From a virus (lineage: Duplodnaviria; Caudoviricetes), in the IMG/VR virus record IMGVR_UViG_3300048576_000188, positions 1 to 26,309 of that record: DNA of 26,309 bases; one strand, 5' to 3'. The translations under genes and the position numbers were made by a program. Under the pieces are notes generated by a model that had not been told where the DNA came from, searched no databases, and was given only the letters and a program-made list of their open reading frames with translations. Numbering within the stretch: the first letter of the stretch is position 1; each line of letters starts with the position of its first letter. Shown in pieces: positions 1 through 8,508 of this stretch.

Positions 1-2
1 AG

Positions 3-125
3 AAACAGATCAGCCGAATATTCACCCCTGTATCCATAATCAGGCCTGATATCGTCCCTGATAAAACCGGTGTCGATTTCTTCAGGGGCGCTGAAGACCC
101 GCATGAAGCGGCCATCGTAATATGT
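3..125 (-). pseudogene. Probable host gene fragment interrupted by prophage insertion (runs off the window edge)
   Basis: Open, protein-like frame TYYDGRFMRVFSAPEEIDTGFIRDDIRPDYGYRGEYSADLF begins right at the predicted junction; its upstream in-frame continuation lies in phage end DNA and hits TGA at 153-155. Confidence 0.45.
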
Positions 126-126
126 A

Positions 127-181
127 TGAAGCCGCGCGAGATAAGTCCCGGCTCAAAACTGAGATAACTGCCCGGCAAAAA
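127..181 (+). repeat. Putative prophage right end (attR) with tandem transposase-binding repeats
   Basis: TGAAGCCGCGC at 127 resembles the Mu R end TGAAGCGGCGC; imperfect direct repeats GAGATAAgt-CCCGGCtcAAAA (138-158) and GAGATAActgCCCGGCAAAAA (161-181) with about 23-bp period; lies just downstream of the last phage gene. Confidence 0.7.
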
Positions 182-260
182 TCATTTGATACAATCAAAG
201 CTCGCTTGATTTTAGCGCGGGCAGATCTTCCTTTCCCTGTCGCCCCGAGCGAATCCCGAC

Positions 261-3038
261 TCACTGAGGGATCATCTGGAATGTCGAACCAACCAATATG
301 CTGCTCGCATTCGCGGATGACGCGTTTTGCGCGAACTGAATCCCGATTTTACGGTTTATGCAGTTGCCACTTTCTTCAGAATCGTCGCATGTAGTTCCCA
401 AGTTGACATGTACATAGCCTTCGATCCTGATCATTGACACCGTGGTGGCTGTCAGGCCCGTAGCCGTTCCCAACGCCGCGCTCCTGCCCTGAGTGACGGT
501 CCCTGCAGAATAAATAAGCGTATCGTAGACTATTGAGTTGACCGTAATGCCATTAGTCCCGCCAATGGCGACCTTTACGCCCCCCGCTGCGCTTGACGTG
601 GTAAACAGCGTCGCGCTGAATTTGTACTTTGTGCTGGACCTCGTCGCAATCTGGAGCGCGTCCACATCGGCTAGCGTGGTAGCACTGGTCGCGTCATATT
701 GCGTAGCCAGAACAGCCGTCCCTCCATTGGCCGGGATTGACGACACTTCTGACACGGCCATGCTTGACCCTACCAATACGCTTGATGCCGTGGCCGATGA
801 CGCATTCTGAGCGAACTGGATTTTAAGGGTCCCGCTTGATGAGGTTGTAATTGTGCCGGTAACAACAATAAAAGCGGATGACGCGCTTGTTACGCCCACT
901 GACGCGCCCAACGCCGCGCCCCTGCCCTGAGTGACCGCGCCGCCGTTGAATATGAGAACATCGTAGATGATGTTTGCGGCCGTAACCGTGCCGTTGACAG
1001 CCACCTTGACGCCGCCCGCCGTCCCTGATGATGTCCTGAGATATGCGGTAAAACTATATGTCTTGCCCGACTTAAGATTCAAGGACAGGTCCGTAACGTC
1101 CCCGGGAACCGTTGAACTTGTTACATCGTACTGCGTGGCGACTATGGCACTGGTGGCATCTATGCCCGCGCTACCAATAATAAGTGTGCCTGTTATGACC
1201 GGGTTGGACGTGTCCAGTTTATTATTCAGCGCGGTCAGCTGCGCCGTGCTCACGGGTTTGTCCGTGTCGGCGGTATTGTCCACATTGCCGAGGCCGACAT
1301 CTGCTTTCGATATATCGAGCTGCGCGGCAGGGGTTTTCCGCCACGCGCCGTACACTATAGAGCCCTGCGCGGGCGTAGGGAGAGAGGCTACGGCCGCCGC
1401 CTGGGTAGCAGCATTAAAATATACGTTCGCGGTCCCAGCATAGCCGCTCGAATAACCCTGCCCGTAACGGTTCTGGGGCAGGATACTATAATGAGTGTTG
1501 GAAGCCTTATATTTGTAATAGAGACGGACATATTTCGAGCCCGTGGACGTGCTGTATACCAGCGCGGCTATATCCGTCGCCGGGGCTAGGCTCGTTTTGC
1601 CCGTCACGTCGATGGCAATGGACGGTATCGCGCTGTTGAAGGCGGCCGAATCGGCAACCGTGGGCATGGTCACCTTGACGTGGAGCGTGATGTCTTCCAG
1701 GTCCGCAGGCGCTACCGCTGCGGCAGAGGTCAGCTCCTTTAGCTTGATTTCGGTGTTTATCGCCTGCCCATAGCGGTACGTCCCGTCATAAGGGAGGTAA
1801 ATGTTGCCTATATACTCCCACTGCCCGGTTTTGTCTACAGTGTTTGCCAGGCTCCGCCCAATTTCGACGCCATAGCTGGTATAGGTGCTAACTGTTGCGC
1901 TATTGGCCGATATGCTGTTCCCTGCCAGGCCATACGAGAGGTAGGCGGTCGTGCTTTTATACGCTCCCACGGTCGGGTTGACGGTCAGACTGCCTGTAGC
2001 CCATGTCCAATCATTCTGCGTCACGGGCGTGGTCTCGATCGTCGCGGCGACCGCCTTAGATTTATAGACATCGATGTACGCATACGATGCGTCGAATGAC
2101 ACCCTGACATACCGTAAAACCCATCCCGGGTCGGCGTCGGTGTCAGAGTTATACGAATGCGAGGTATTGGCTACCACCCCGCTGCCTTGGCCTGAATAGT
2201 TGGCGGAATTGTAAGCCAGGTTAACCGTTACCGTCGATTCCGTGACCGTGCCCGTCGAAATATAGGCTTTGACAATGAATTTCGCCTGCTTTATCGCCGT
2301 GCTGATCGGTATGGTCGCAATGCGGTAATAGCCTGCAGCGGCGGCAGTGGTTGTTGTGTATGTCGTGCGGCTTATGTCCTGTGTAGCAATATCGAGCTGC
2401 GCGGCAGGGGTTTTCCGCCATGCGCCGTACACGACACTGCCCTGCACGGGACTCGGGAGGGCGGATACCGCCGGGGAATTGGGGCTAAAGGCATACACGG
2501 CATATATATCGCTTGAGTTAATGCTGCTGTAGCCTCTGCCGCGGCTATTCTCAGGCAATACTTCGTAATGCGTATTGCCAGCCTTGCTCTTTATATATAA
2601 GGATATTGTCTTGCTTCTCGTAGATGTTGAGGTGACGACACAGGCTATGTCGGTTCCGGGCGCGATAGAGGTCTTGCCGGCGACATCGAGGCTCATAGAT
2701 GGGATAGCCGCAGCAAACGCGGCCGGGCTCGATACTGCAGGCAGGGTCCCTTTGAGGTAGATCGTCAGGTCGTCCATATCGGCCGGGGCAACTGCAGCCC
2801 CTGCAGTGAGCTCGCGCAGGCGGACGGCTATATTATAGGAATGGCCAGCAGAGAATGAGGGGCTGTATGTGACGGTAACGGCGCCCAGACTGATCCATTT
2901 CCCCGTTTTGTCTACAGTGTCTGAGATTGTCGCGCCCAGGGCCGCGCCATACTTGACCGTCTCGGCATCAGCGCCCCAGGCCGACCCGCAGGGGAGAAGC
3001 GCGGCTATGATCAGGATCAGGCTTATTATGCGTATCAT
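261..3038 (-). CDS. Large tail-fibre/adhesin-like protein (925 aa) with N-terminal signal peptide and two pairs of duplicated domains
   Basis: Last gene of the tail operon; contains the phage fibre motif KADVGLGNVDNTADTDKPVSTAQ; S/T/A/G-rich beta content; N-terminus [22 protein letters not shown]|AD. Confidence 0.7.
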   Translation of the reverse strand: MIRIISLILIIAALLPCGSAWGADAETVKYGAALGATISDTVDKTGKWISLGAVTVTYSPSFSAGHSYNIAVRLRELTAGAAVAPADMDDLTIYLKGTLPAVSSPAAFAAAIPSMSLDVAGKTSIAPGTDIACVVTSTSTRSKTISLYIKSKAGNTHYEVLPENSRGRGYSSINSSDIYAVYAFSPNSPAVSALPSPVQGSVVYGAWRKTPAAQLDIATQDISRTTYTTTTAAAAGYYRIATIPISTAIKQAKFIVKAYISTGTVTESTVTVNLAYNSANYSGQGSGVVANTSHSYNSDTDADPGWVLRYVRVSFDASYAYIDVYKSKAVAATIETTPVTQNDWTWATGSLTVNPTVGAYKSTTAYLSYGLAGNSISANSATVSTYTSYGVEIGRSLANTVDKTGQWEYIGNIYLPYDGTYRYGQAINTEIKLKELTSAAAVAPADLEDITLHVKVTMPTVADSAAFNSAIPSIAIDVTGKTSLAPATDIAALVYSTSTGSKYVRLYYKYKASNTHYSILPQNRYGQGYSSGYAGTANVYFNAATQAAAVASLPTPAQGSIVYGAWRKTPAAQLDISKADVGLGNVDNTADTDKPVSTAQLTALNNKLDTSNPVITGTLIIGSAGIDATSAIVATQYDVTSSTVPGDVTDLSLNLKSGKTYSFTAYLRTSSGTAGGVKVAVNGTVTAANIIYDVLIFNGGAVTQGRGAALGASVGVTSASSAFIVVTGTITTSSSGTLKIQFAQNASSATASSVLVGSSMAVSEVSSIPANGGTAVLATQYDATSATTLADVDALQIATRSSTKYKFSATLFTTSSAAGGVKVAIGGTNGITVNSIVYDTLIYSAGTVTQGRSAALGTATGLTATTVSMIRIEGYVHVNLGTTCDDSEESGNCINRKIGIQFAQNASSANASSILVGSTFQMIPQ

Positions 3039-4387
3039 CAGAAGCCCTCGATGAAGAGGAATCCGGTACTGGTCGATCCCGTGACGGTCACCGCTGTGGT
3101 CGACAGGGTCGTCACCAGGGAGGTCGCCAGCCCCGTTGTGCTGAGAACAACGGGGGTATACGAAAACGCGGTCGGGAATGTATAAGAGGCCGTCCCTAAG
3201 AGGGCGCTGCAGTATATAACGACTTTCTTGTAAGAGTTACCGCTGAAGGGCTGGCTGAATATTGCGCTGCCCGAGGTTGAGCCGCTCACTGTCGTTTGGG
3301 CAGACTGGGGCTTTATTGTCCCATTTACCGTCAGCTGCTGGTTTGCGACGGAGGAATTGAAGGTACCGTAAATTAATGACTTTAGTCTGCCATTTGCTTC
3401 CGTGCCACGATCTATACTATCTATGAATAATTTATATGAAGCGGTTTCAGCACTCCCCGCTCTATAGCCTAAGAACACATTGTTAGTGCCATCAGCAGCT
3501 CCATAGCCCGCTCCATTGCCAAGAATAGTGCTATATTCCTGGCTTGCAGCAGTATATACTGCTTGTTCTCCTATTATGACCGAATTGGAGGAATAAAGCA
3601 GTTGAAATCCCGCACTCGATCCCAAGTAAATATTGTTGCCGCCGGAGACATTTTTAAACCCTGCCGCATATCCTATAAATGTATTGTATTCTCCGGTGTA
3701 ATTGCTATATCCAGCATTATTACCTATAAATAAATTGGAGCTTCCAGAAACATTGGATACACCGGCCTCCTTCCCAAGGAAAAAATTAAAGTTCCCTATA
3801 GTTGTGGCATAGCCAGCTTTATAGCCTATGAAGAAATTATCCATACCGCTGGAATTATAGCCAGCCTGATAACCTATAAAAGTGTTCCTTGTGCCGGATT
3901 GGCTTGACTGCCCTGCCCCTGCCCCAATGTATGTATTTGCTGAACCGGTTGAGTTGCTGTATCCTGCGGCATAGCCTATAAATGTGTTGTTACTGCTCGT
4001 ATTGGCTACTCCCGTATTGGCTCCCAGAAAAGTATTGTACGACCCAGTCGTGTTCGCCAGGCCGCTCTGGTTGCCCAGGAAGTTGTTGTAGCTGCCCGTG
4101 GTGGTCGCCAGGCCCGCCTGGTAGCCCAGGAACAGATTATTCGTGCCAGTGGTCAGGGCTGAGCCCGAGCCCGAGCCCAACCAGGTATTCGTCGCGCTTG
4201 TGTTCAGATATCTCACGCGACTGTCGAGGGCCACCCAGTTGGCGTTAAACAATGCCGTATAGTCCTTTTCGCGGTCGGCAGGCATGTAAAAAAGGCCGGA
4301 ATCGGTATATGTCCCCGCGCCCGCGCCGGCGCAGCCTACTGCGAAGAACATCAGGAATGAAAGCAGGATCGTCAAGGTCTTTTGCAT
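3038..4387 (-). CDS. Tail fibre/spike-like protein (449 aa) with signal peptide and about 14-aa NxFIGYxAG beta-roll repeats
   Basis: Many tandem N-x-F-[IL]-G-x-x-A-G repeats (trimeric adhesin head-like); fibre-type N-terminal motif [11 protein letters not shown]...FNANWVALD after the leader; C-terminal YTFPTAF-type domain; stop overlaps the next start (TGATG). Confidence 0.75.
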   Translation of the reverse strand: MQKTLTILLSFLMFFAVGCAGAGAGTYTDSGLFYMPADREKDYTALFNANWVALDSRVRYLNTSATNTWLGSGSGSALTTGTNNLFLGYQAGLATTTGSYNNFLGNQSGLANTTGSYNTFLGANTGVANTSSNNTFIGYAAGYSNSTGSANTYIGAGAGQSSQSGTRNTFIGYQAGYNSSGMDNFFIGYKAGYATTIGNFNFFLGKEAGVSNVSGSSNLFIGNNAGYSNYTGEYNTFIGYAAGFKNVSGGNNIYLGSSAGFQLLYSSNSVIIGEQAVYTAASQEYSTILGNGAGYGAADGTNNVFLGYRAGSAETASYKLFIDSIDRGTEANGRLKSLIYGTFNSSVANQQLTVNGTIKPQSAQTTVSGSTSGSAIFSQPFSGNSYKKVVIYCSALLGTASYTFPTAFSYTPVVLSTTGLATSLVTTLSTTAVTVTGSTSTGFLFIEGF

Positions 4388-4403
4388 TTTGATTAAGCCC
4401 CCC

Positions 4404-5024
4404 TTATTTGAGTTTGATACCGTATGTCATGTCTATTGTTTCGCCGGCGGCGATACTGCGCTCTGTTATGTCGTAGAACGCGATCAGCCGCTGAACGCTG
4501 TTTATTGTAGCGATGAGGCAAACTGTGTTAAAGGGACCGACCGATCCGCCTGAAGCCGAAAAGGTAAATGTAGTCGAAACAACCTGGAAATAGCCGCCAT
4601 CGAGCGCCCGGGTCGGCCATGCCGTCGCAGACCTGGCCAGTGAGGCCCTTGCATAACCGTTCCCAGAGGGCTCGCTTGCGGTGATCCCGGAGAGGACCGT
4701 CGTTCTCGACATAGTACCGTAAAAGAGGCCGACCTGAAAGGTCGAAGGCTCATATGCGTTCGAGGCGTCTGATCCGCAGAAGAAACATTCGAGCAGGGCC
4801 TGCTCTCCGCCGTTGACTGCCGTGGTGTCATTGTATGCAAATTCCCTTGAGAGTATTTCTCCCGACGCTGAACGGTGAATAATCTCCGCAATCCCCATCC
4901 AGCCTCCGCCGACTATGAGCCATTCAAACCTGCATGCAATATTATACAATAGACCGTTCCTGGGCACAGCCTGTTTGAAGCCCTGCAGCGGGTTGCATAA
5001 TCTTTTTTTCAGCCACTTTCTCAT
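4404..5024 (-). CDS. Minor tail/baseplate protein (206 aa)
   Basis: Contains the EPSGNGYAR...TFTFSASGG motif common in siphophage tail-tip proteins; GGAGG RBS upstream; lies between hub and fibres. Confidence 0.65.
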   Translation of the reverse strand: MRKWLKKRLCNPLQGFKQAVPRNGLLYNIACRFEWLIVGGGWMGIAEIIHRSASGEILSREFAYNDTTAVNGGEQALLECFFCGSDASNAYEPSTFQVGLFYGTMSRTTVLSGITASEPSGNGYARASLARSATAWPTRALDGGYFQVVSTTFTFSASGGSVGPFNTVCLIATINSVQRLIAFYDITERSIAAGETIDMTYGIKLK

Positions 5025-5035
5025 ATATCCTCCCG

Positions 5036-8000
5036 TTATGTTTGTCCGAACTCTTCGCCAAAGCTTGTGCCAAAGCCGCTCGGCAGGCCGGTCACGGCCG
5101 TTTCCACTTCAACCGCAACGGTGCAATTTATTGTCGAATGCATAGTGATAACCGTCTCAACCTCTACCGGCGCGAGGTTGGCGATCCTCGATGCGAGAGT
5201 GAGCGAGGTGAGGGCCTCGACAACAGCGACCAGTTTCAAGGCTGTCTTGATTTCGCGGGCCGTCAGCCTTATGATGTCATTACTGTTGTCCCGCGCGCTG
5301 CCGGGCGTGAGGTTTGCCGACAATATCTCAGCTACGAGACGGGCCTCCTCAAACGTAATGCAGTCGCCGAATTCCACATCGAGCTGATCCCAGAAGACTT
5401 CGCAGGTCAGTTTTTTCTTCCTGAAGGCATAGTATTTCAGGATGAACGCGGCCACCTCTGCAGCCTGGGCCTGCGACGATATGGCGTCAAAGCGGAACAG
5501 CTCAGGCCGTTCTTTCTGGCCGTACTTCCCGATGCTCCTGTCGTTTGAGAGCGTGAAGAAGCCCTCATAGGCTTCATCGCCGCTCTTACTGAAATCGCGA
5601 TCGTAGTACACATCTGCATAATTCACAACCTCAGTCAACGGGCTGCGGCTGATCTTCATGGTCGTTTTATAATCAGATTTCATGCGGACTTCATCCGCGG
5701 ATATCGCCTTTTGCGATTCGGTGTCTTCAGAGCGCCAGAGCAGCTCCGCCCGGCTGGTCCACCTGTAATAGCACCTGCACTGCCAGGCCAGCTGTGCCAG
5801 CAGAGCGGACAGCTTTGGAGAGTTGTTAAACCAGTAGCCGAGCGCGTAGCCGTGACTGGCGAATAACGCCTGCGTGGACGGTTGAACACACTTTATTTCA
5901 ACGGCAATGCCTATGAAATTAGTCGCGGCTGAAGAAGTCCAGTCGACCAATGTATCATTCATGCTCTTGAATTGCGTCTGCAGGCGGGGGTTTGAGCCCA
6001 CATTCGCAAGCTGTGTAAAACCAGACCCCGCGACCGCAGAATATACACCAGTTCTGCAACATCCGAAGGTCGCGTTGTTCACTCCGGCAAAGGCCGACAA
6101 AGAAGCGGTCAACGAGGTCGCGCCTTTGTTCTGGTTAGAGGCTGTTTGCACAATAGCGCCCGCGCCATTGCTGCCCGATATGTCGGTTCCGCTGAATTCT
6201 TCTACCGACCAGCAGCAGCTACTCTGGTTAGCGCCAAACGCTATCGTCAACGCCCCGGCCGTGGGCGCCGATCCCATGGCCCTGTATACCATTAACATGG
6301 TTGCGGTGTCCCAGGTATTGGTTTTGGAGGTCACCAATTGCCAGGTGAGGCCGCAGCCCGTAACAGACACGGGCACGGCGGGCGTGCCTGAAACCACAGT
6401 GGTTGCAAGCGACAATAATACAAGCCTGTTCGCAGTCGGAGATATCGAACTTGTCGTATAGCTGGAGGCCGCGGTAGAAGAATACCCTGCAAGCAGATGA
6501 TATGCTTTTATCCAATAATCAACGCCTGCGTCCGAATAGAACTGCGTGTGATCATAATCGGTGAAATTCTTGAATAACCACTTGAACACGTGATCGGGGC
6601 GCGAACAGAGCGCGTTCGCTGAGGCGGTTATGGATCCAGACGCGTCGTCTATGCTACCGTCGACGTCGACGGTTATTTTATTCGCGAGGGTGACGTCCGC
6701 AGCGGAGTTGCCTGACAGCGATGTCTTCGCCGCCACATAGGCGAGCATGGTGGCTCCGGACGTCAGTATCGAGACTCCAGTGACGGATGAGGACTTGGAG
6801 GTCAACTCAATTACGAGGTTTCCGCCGACTGTGAAGGTAAACGTGTTCGCGACATACGAGACTGAGTTGTTCTCCATTTTATACAGGTTTTTTGCCAGGT
6901 CTTTGCGGCCCTCGGGATACACCACTACCGTCGCAGCTGCCGGGGTAGAGCCGGTCGTGCCCTGAGCCGTCACAGAAACAGAACTCATGAGCACATACTG
7001 AAATTTAGCGGTACCGTCAGGCGATGACGTTACCTGAGCCACTATCCGCGCGCTGCCGGTCCCCGAAAATGTAAGCGCAGCCTGGTGTGCGCAGGCCAGG
7101 GCATTGCTGATCAGCGCGTCGGACACTATGTCAGTGCCGAGCAGCTTGCTCGCAAAGACTATCACAGCTTTACCGGGATAGGAGGCATGGGCGTTCCCAT
7201 TCTTGCCGGTATACACGGTGTATCCGGCGATCAGCCGGGTAGAGTCGGCATATACATTGTTTACTCTCGAGATCGGGTGATCGGCGATAAGATACGTGTA
7301 CGCGCTCTTTACTTCATATATAGCGACGCCTGCCGCGTGAGCCTTGGCCTTGGTGCTGTTATACGCCCTGGTGACGGTGAGGGTTGTCCCGTTCTTTGCC
7401 GTTACTCTAACCTGCTCTTCTTCTATTTGAGCGGTGAACGGTATCGTCGGGATATATTTAACGCTTGACACTATAAACGCCGTGTCGTCGCTGTCGTAGC
7501 CGTCCACGCCGTCGGTGACATTGGGATCCACGAGGGTCGAAGCCCAGCCGGCGTCTATCGGCTGACATTCGACGCCCCTGCAGGAACCTATCACGATATT
7601 GGCCTGTTTGCCGATTACGTCAGGGTCGCAATTGGGATATGCTGTCCTGGTTATTTTATTGCCGAGCGTCTTTTCGTATTGCACCCCGATGCTCACGAGG
7701 CGCATAGTTACGCTCAGCTCGTCGTTTTCATCCCAGTCGATTATGTTCCAGGAGCTCAAAAGCTGCGGCGGGTTTGTGGCCGCGCTCAGCCCCACGAACC
7801 AGGCATACAGCTCGCAGAGAGTAACCTCAGGAGAGTTGGAGCCGGAATTCAACATATCCTTGATCGTCAGCGCGGCATCGGGGTCGATGATTACGGATAT
7901 GGTCGCCTCACTTATCTGCGCGCCGGCCAGGTCGGTCTGTATGTTCTCCTCGAAGCCGCCCCAGTTTGAGACCCATCCCTTGGCCGTAATATTCGCGCCT

Positions 8001-8137
8001 GACCACGACGTTATTGTAAAGCCGTAATCGCTCAAATATACCGTGCCGGTCGCAAACGGGATTTTCAGGATATAGACGGACGTCGCGCCCGTCTTGAGAT
8101 TTTTCTCTGTCTCAAACGCCGCGGGGAATGCTTTCAT
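5036..8137 (-). CDS. Tail hub / central tail-tip protein (1033 aa) with inserted beta-rich domains
   Basis: Follows TMP and Dit; hub-like segments (GKQANIVIG, PDHVFKWL, LLAQLAWQCRCY, SIGKYGQKE, DVEFGDCITF); C-terminal GFGTSFGEEFG motif. Confidence 0.75.
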   Translation of the reverse strand: MKAFPAAFETEKNLKTGATSVYILKIPFATGTVYLSDYGFTITSWSGANITAKGWVSNWGGFEENIQTDLAGAQISEATISVIIDPDAALTIKDMLNSGSNSPEVTLCELYAWFVGLSAATNPPQLLSSWNIIDWDENDELSVTMRLVSIGVQYEKTLGNKITRTAYPNCDPDVIGKQANIVIGSCRGVECQPIDAGWASTLVDPNVTDGVDGYDSDDTAFIVSSVKYIPTIPFTAQIEEEQVRVTAKNGTTLTVTRAYNSTKAKAHAAGVAIYEVKSAYTYLIADHPISRVNNVYADSTRLIAGYTVYTGKNGNAHASYPGKAVIVFASKLLGTDIVSDALISNALACAHQAALTFSGTGSARIVAQVTSSPDGTAKFQYVLMSSVSVTAQGTTGSTPAAATVVVYPEGRKDLAKNLYKMENNSVSYVANTFTFTVGGNLVIELTSKSSSVTGVSILTSGATMLAYVAAKTSLSGNSAADVTLANKITVDVDGSIDDASGSITASANALCSRPDHVFKWLFKNFTDYDHTQFYSDAGVDYWIKAYHLLAGYSSTAASSYTTSSISPTANRLVLLSLATTVVSGTPAVPVSVTGCGLTWQLVTSKTNTWDTATMLMVYRAMGSAPTAGALTIAFGANQSSCCWSVEEFSGTDISGSNGAGAIVQTASNQNKGATSLTASLSAFAGVNNATFGCCRTGVYSAVAGSGFTQLANVGSNPRLQTQFKSMNDTLVDWTSSAATNFIGIAVEIKCVQPSTQALFASHGYALGYWFNNSPKLSALLAQLAWQCRCYYRWTSRAELLWRSEDTESQKAISADEVRMKSDYKTTMKISRSPLTEVVNYADVYYDRDFSKSGDEAYEGFFTLSNDRSIGKYGQKERPELFRFDAISSQAQAAEVAAFILKYYAFRKKKLTCEVFWDQLDVEFGDCITFEEARLVAEILSANLTPGSARDNSNDIIRLTAREIKTALKLVAVVEALTSLTLASRIANLAPVEVETVITMHSTINCTVAVEVETAVTGLPSGFGTSFGEEFGQT

Positions 8138-8508
8138 ACCCTGAGCAGTGTCAGCTGGCCCGAACGTCTGCCGTTACCGACGAACGGAAAGTCGAGCTTG
8201 CGGGTTAAAAACTTCACGGTGAAAGTCGAGCCGTTCCAGTCGGTGAATGTAAAGCTGTAGCGGCTGACAACGGCTACGGTCTCGAAAAATGTCACGAGGG
8301 ACTGATAATCCGCGTCGGACATCCCCGACCAGGTGAGCTCGAAGGTGCGGCGCACGAGACCCTTATTGCATGAGTAGAGGGTCCCGCCGTTTGACCAGTC
8401 CTGAGGCGCGAGGTACTCAATGGGGTCTTTGCTGGCGTTGCTCGGGTTCCTGGAAAATTGCACATACCCGGCAGGAGCCGATGTGCGCTCAAACCGTGCG
8501 AATGCCAT
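8134..8508 (-). CDS. Distal tail protein (Dit / lambda gpM-like, 124 aa)
   Basis: Immediately after TMP; motif RRTFELTWSGMSDADYQSLVTFF...FTFTDWNG; ATGA overlap with the hub gene. Confidence 0.7.
   Translation of the reverse strand: MAFARFERTSAPAGYVQFSRNPSNASKDPIEYLAPQDWSNGGTLYSCNKGLVRRTFELTWSGMSDADYQSLVTFFETVAVVSRYSFTFTDWNGSTFTVKFLTRKLDFPFVGNGRRSGQLTLLRV

Noticed and set aside
104-113. Alternative phage terminus TGAAGCGGCC
   Set aside because: Also Mu-like and one repeat period (23 bp) from 127, but not followed by the GAGATAA/CCCGGC repeat, and it lies within the protein-like host frame. 127 is preferred, though this is not fully excluded.
3-185. Possible selenoprotein MIFAGQLSQF-TGA-AGTYLARLHTYYDGRF...
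   Set aside because: The ATG and TGA lie inside the predicted phage-end repeats; a phage/host junction at 126/127 explains the frame more simply.
82-394. Short ORFs 82..264 (-) and 122..394 (+) as com/mom-like genes
   Set aside because: They overlap the end repeats or the fibre gene and show no Zn-finger Com or Mom/methylase motifs.
1312-2920. Possible DGR template/variable repeat pair
   Set aside because: Both copies are in-frame coding domains, the differences are not adenine-specific, and no reverse transcriptase is present in the window.
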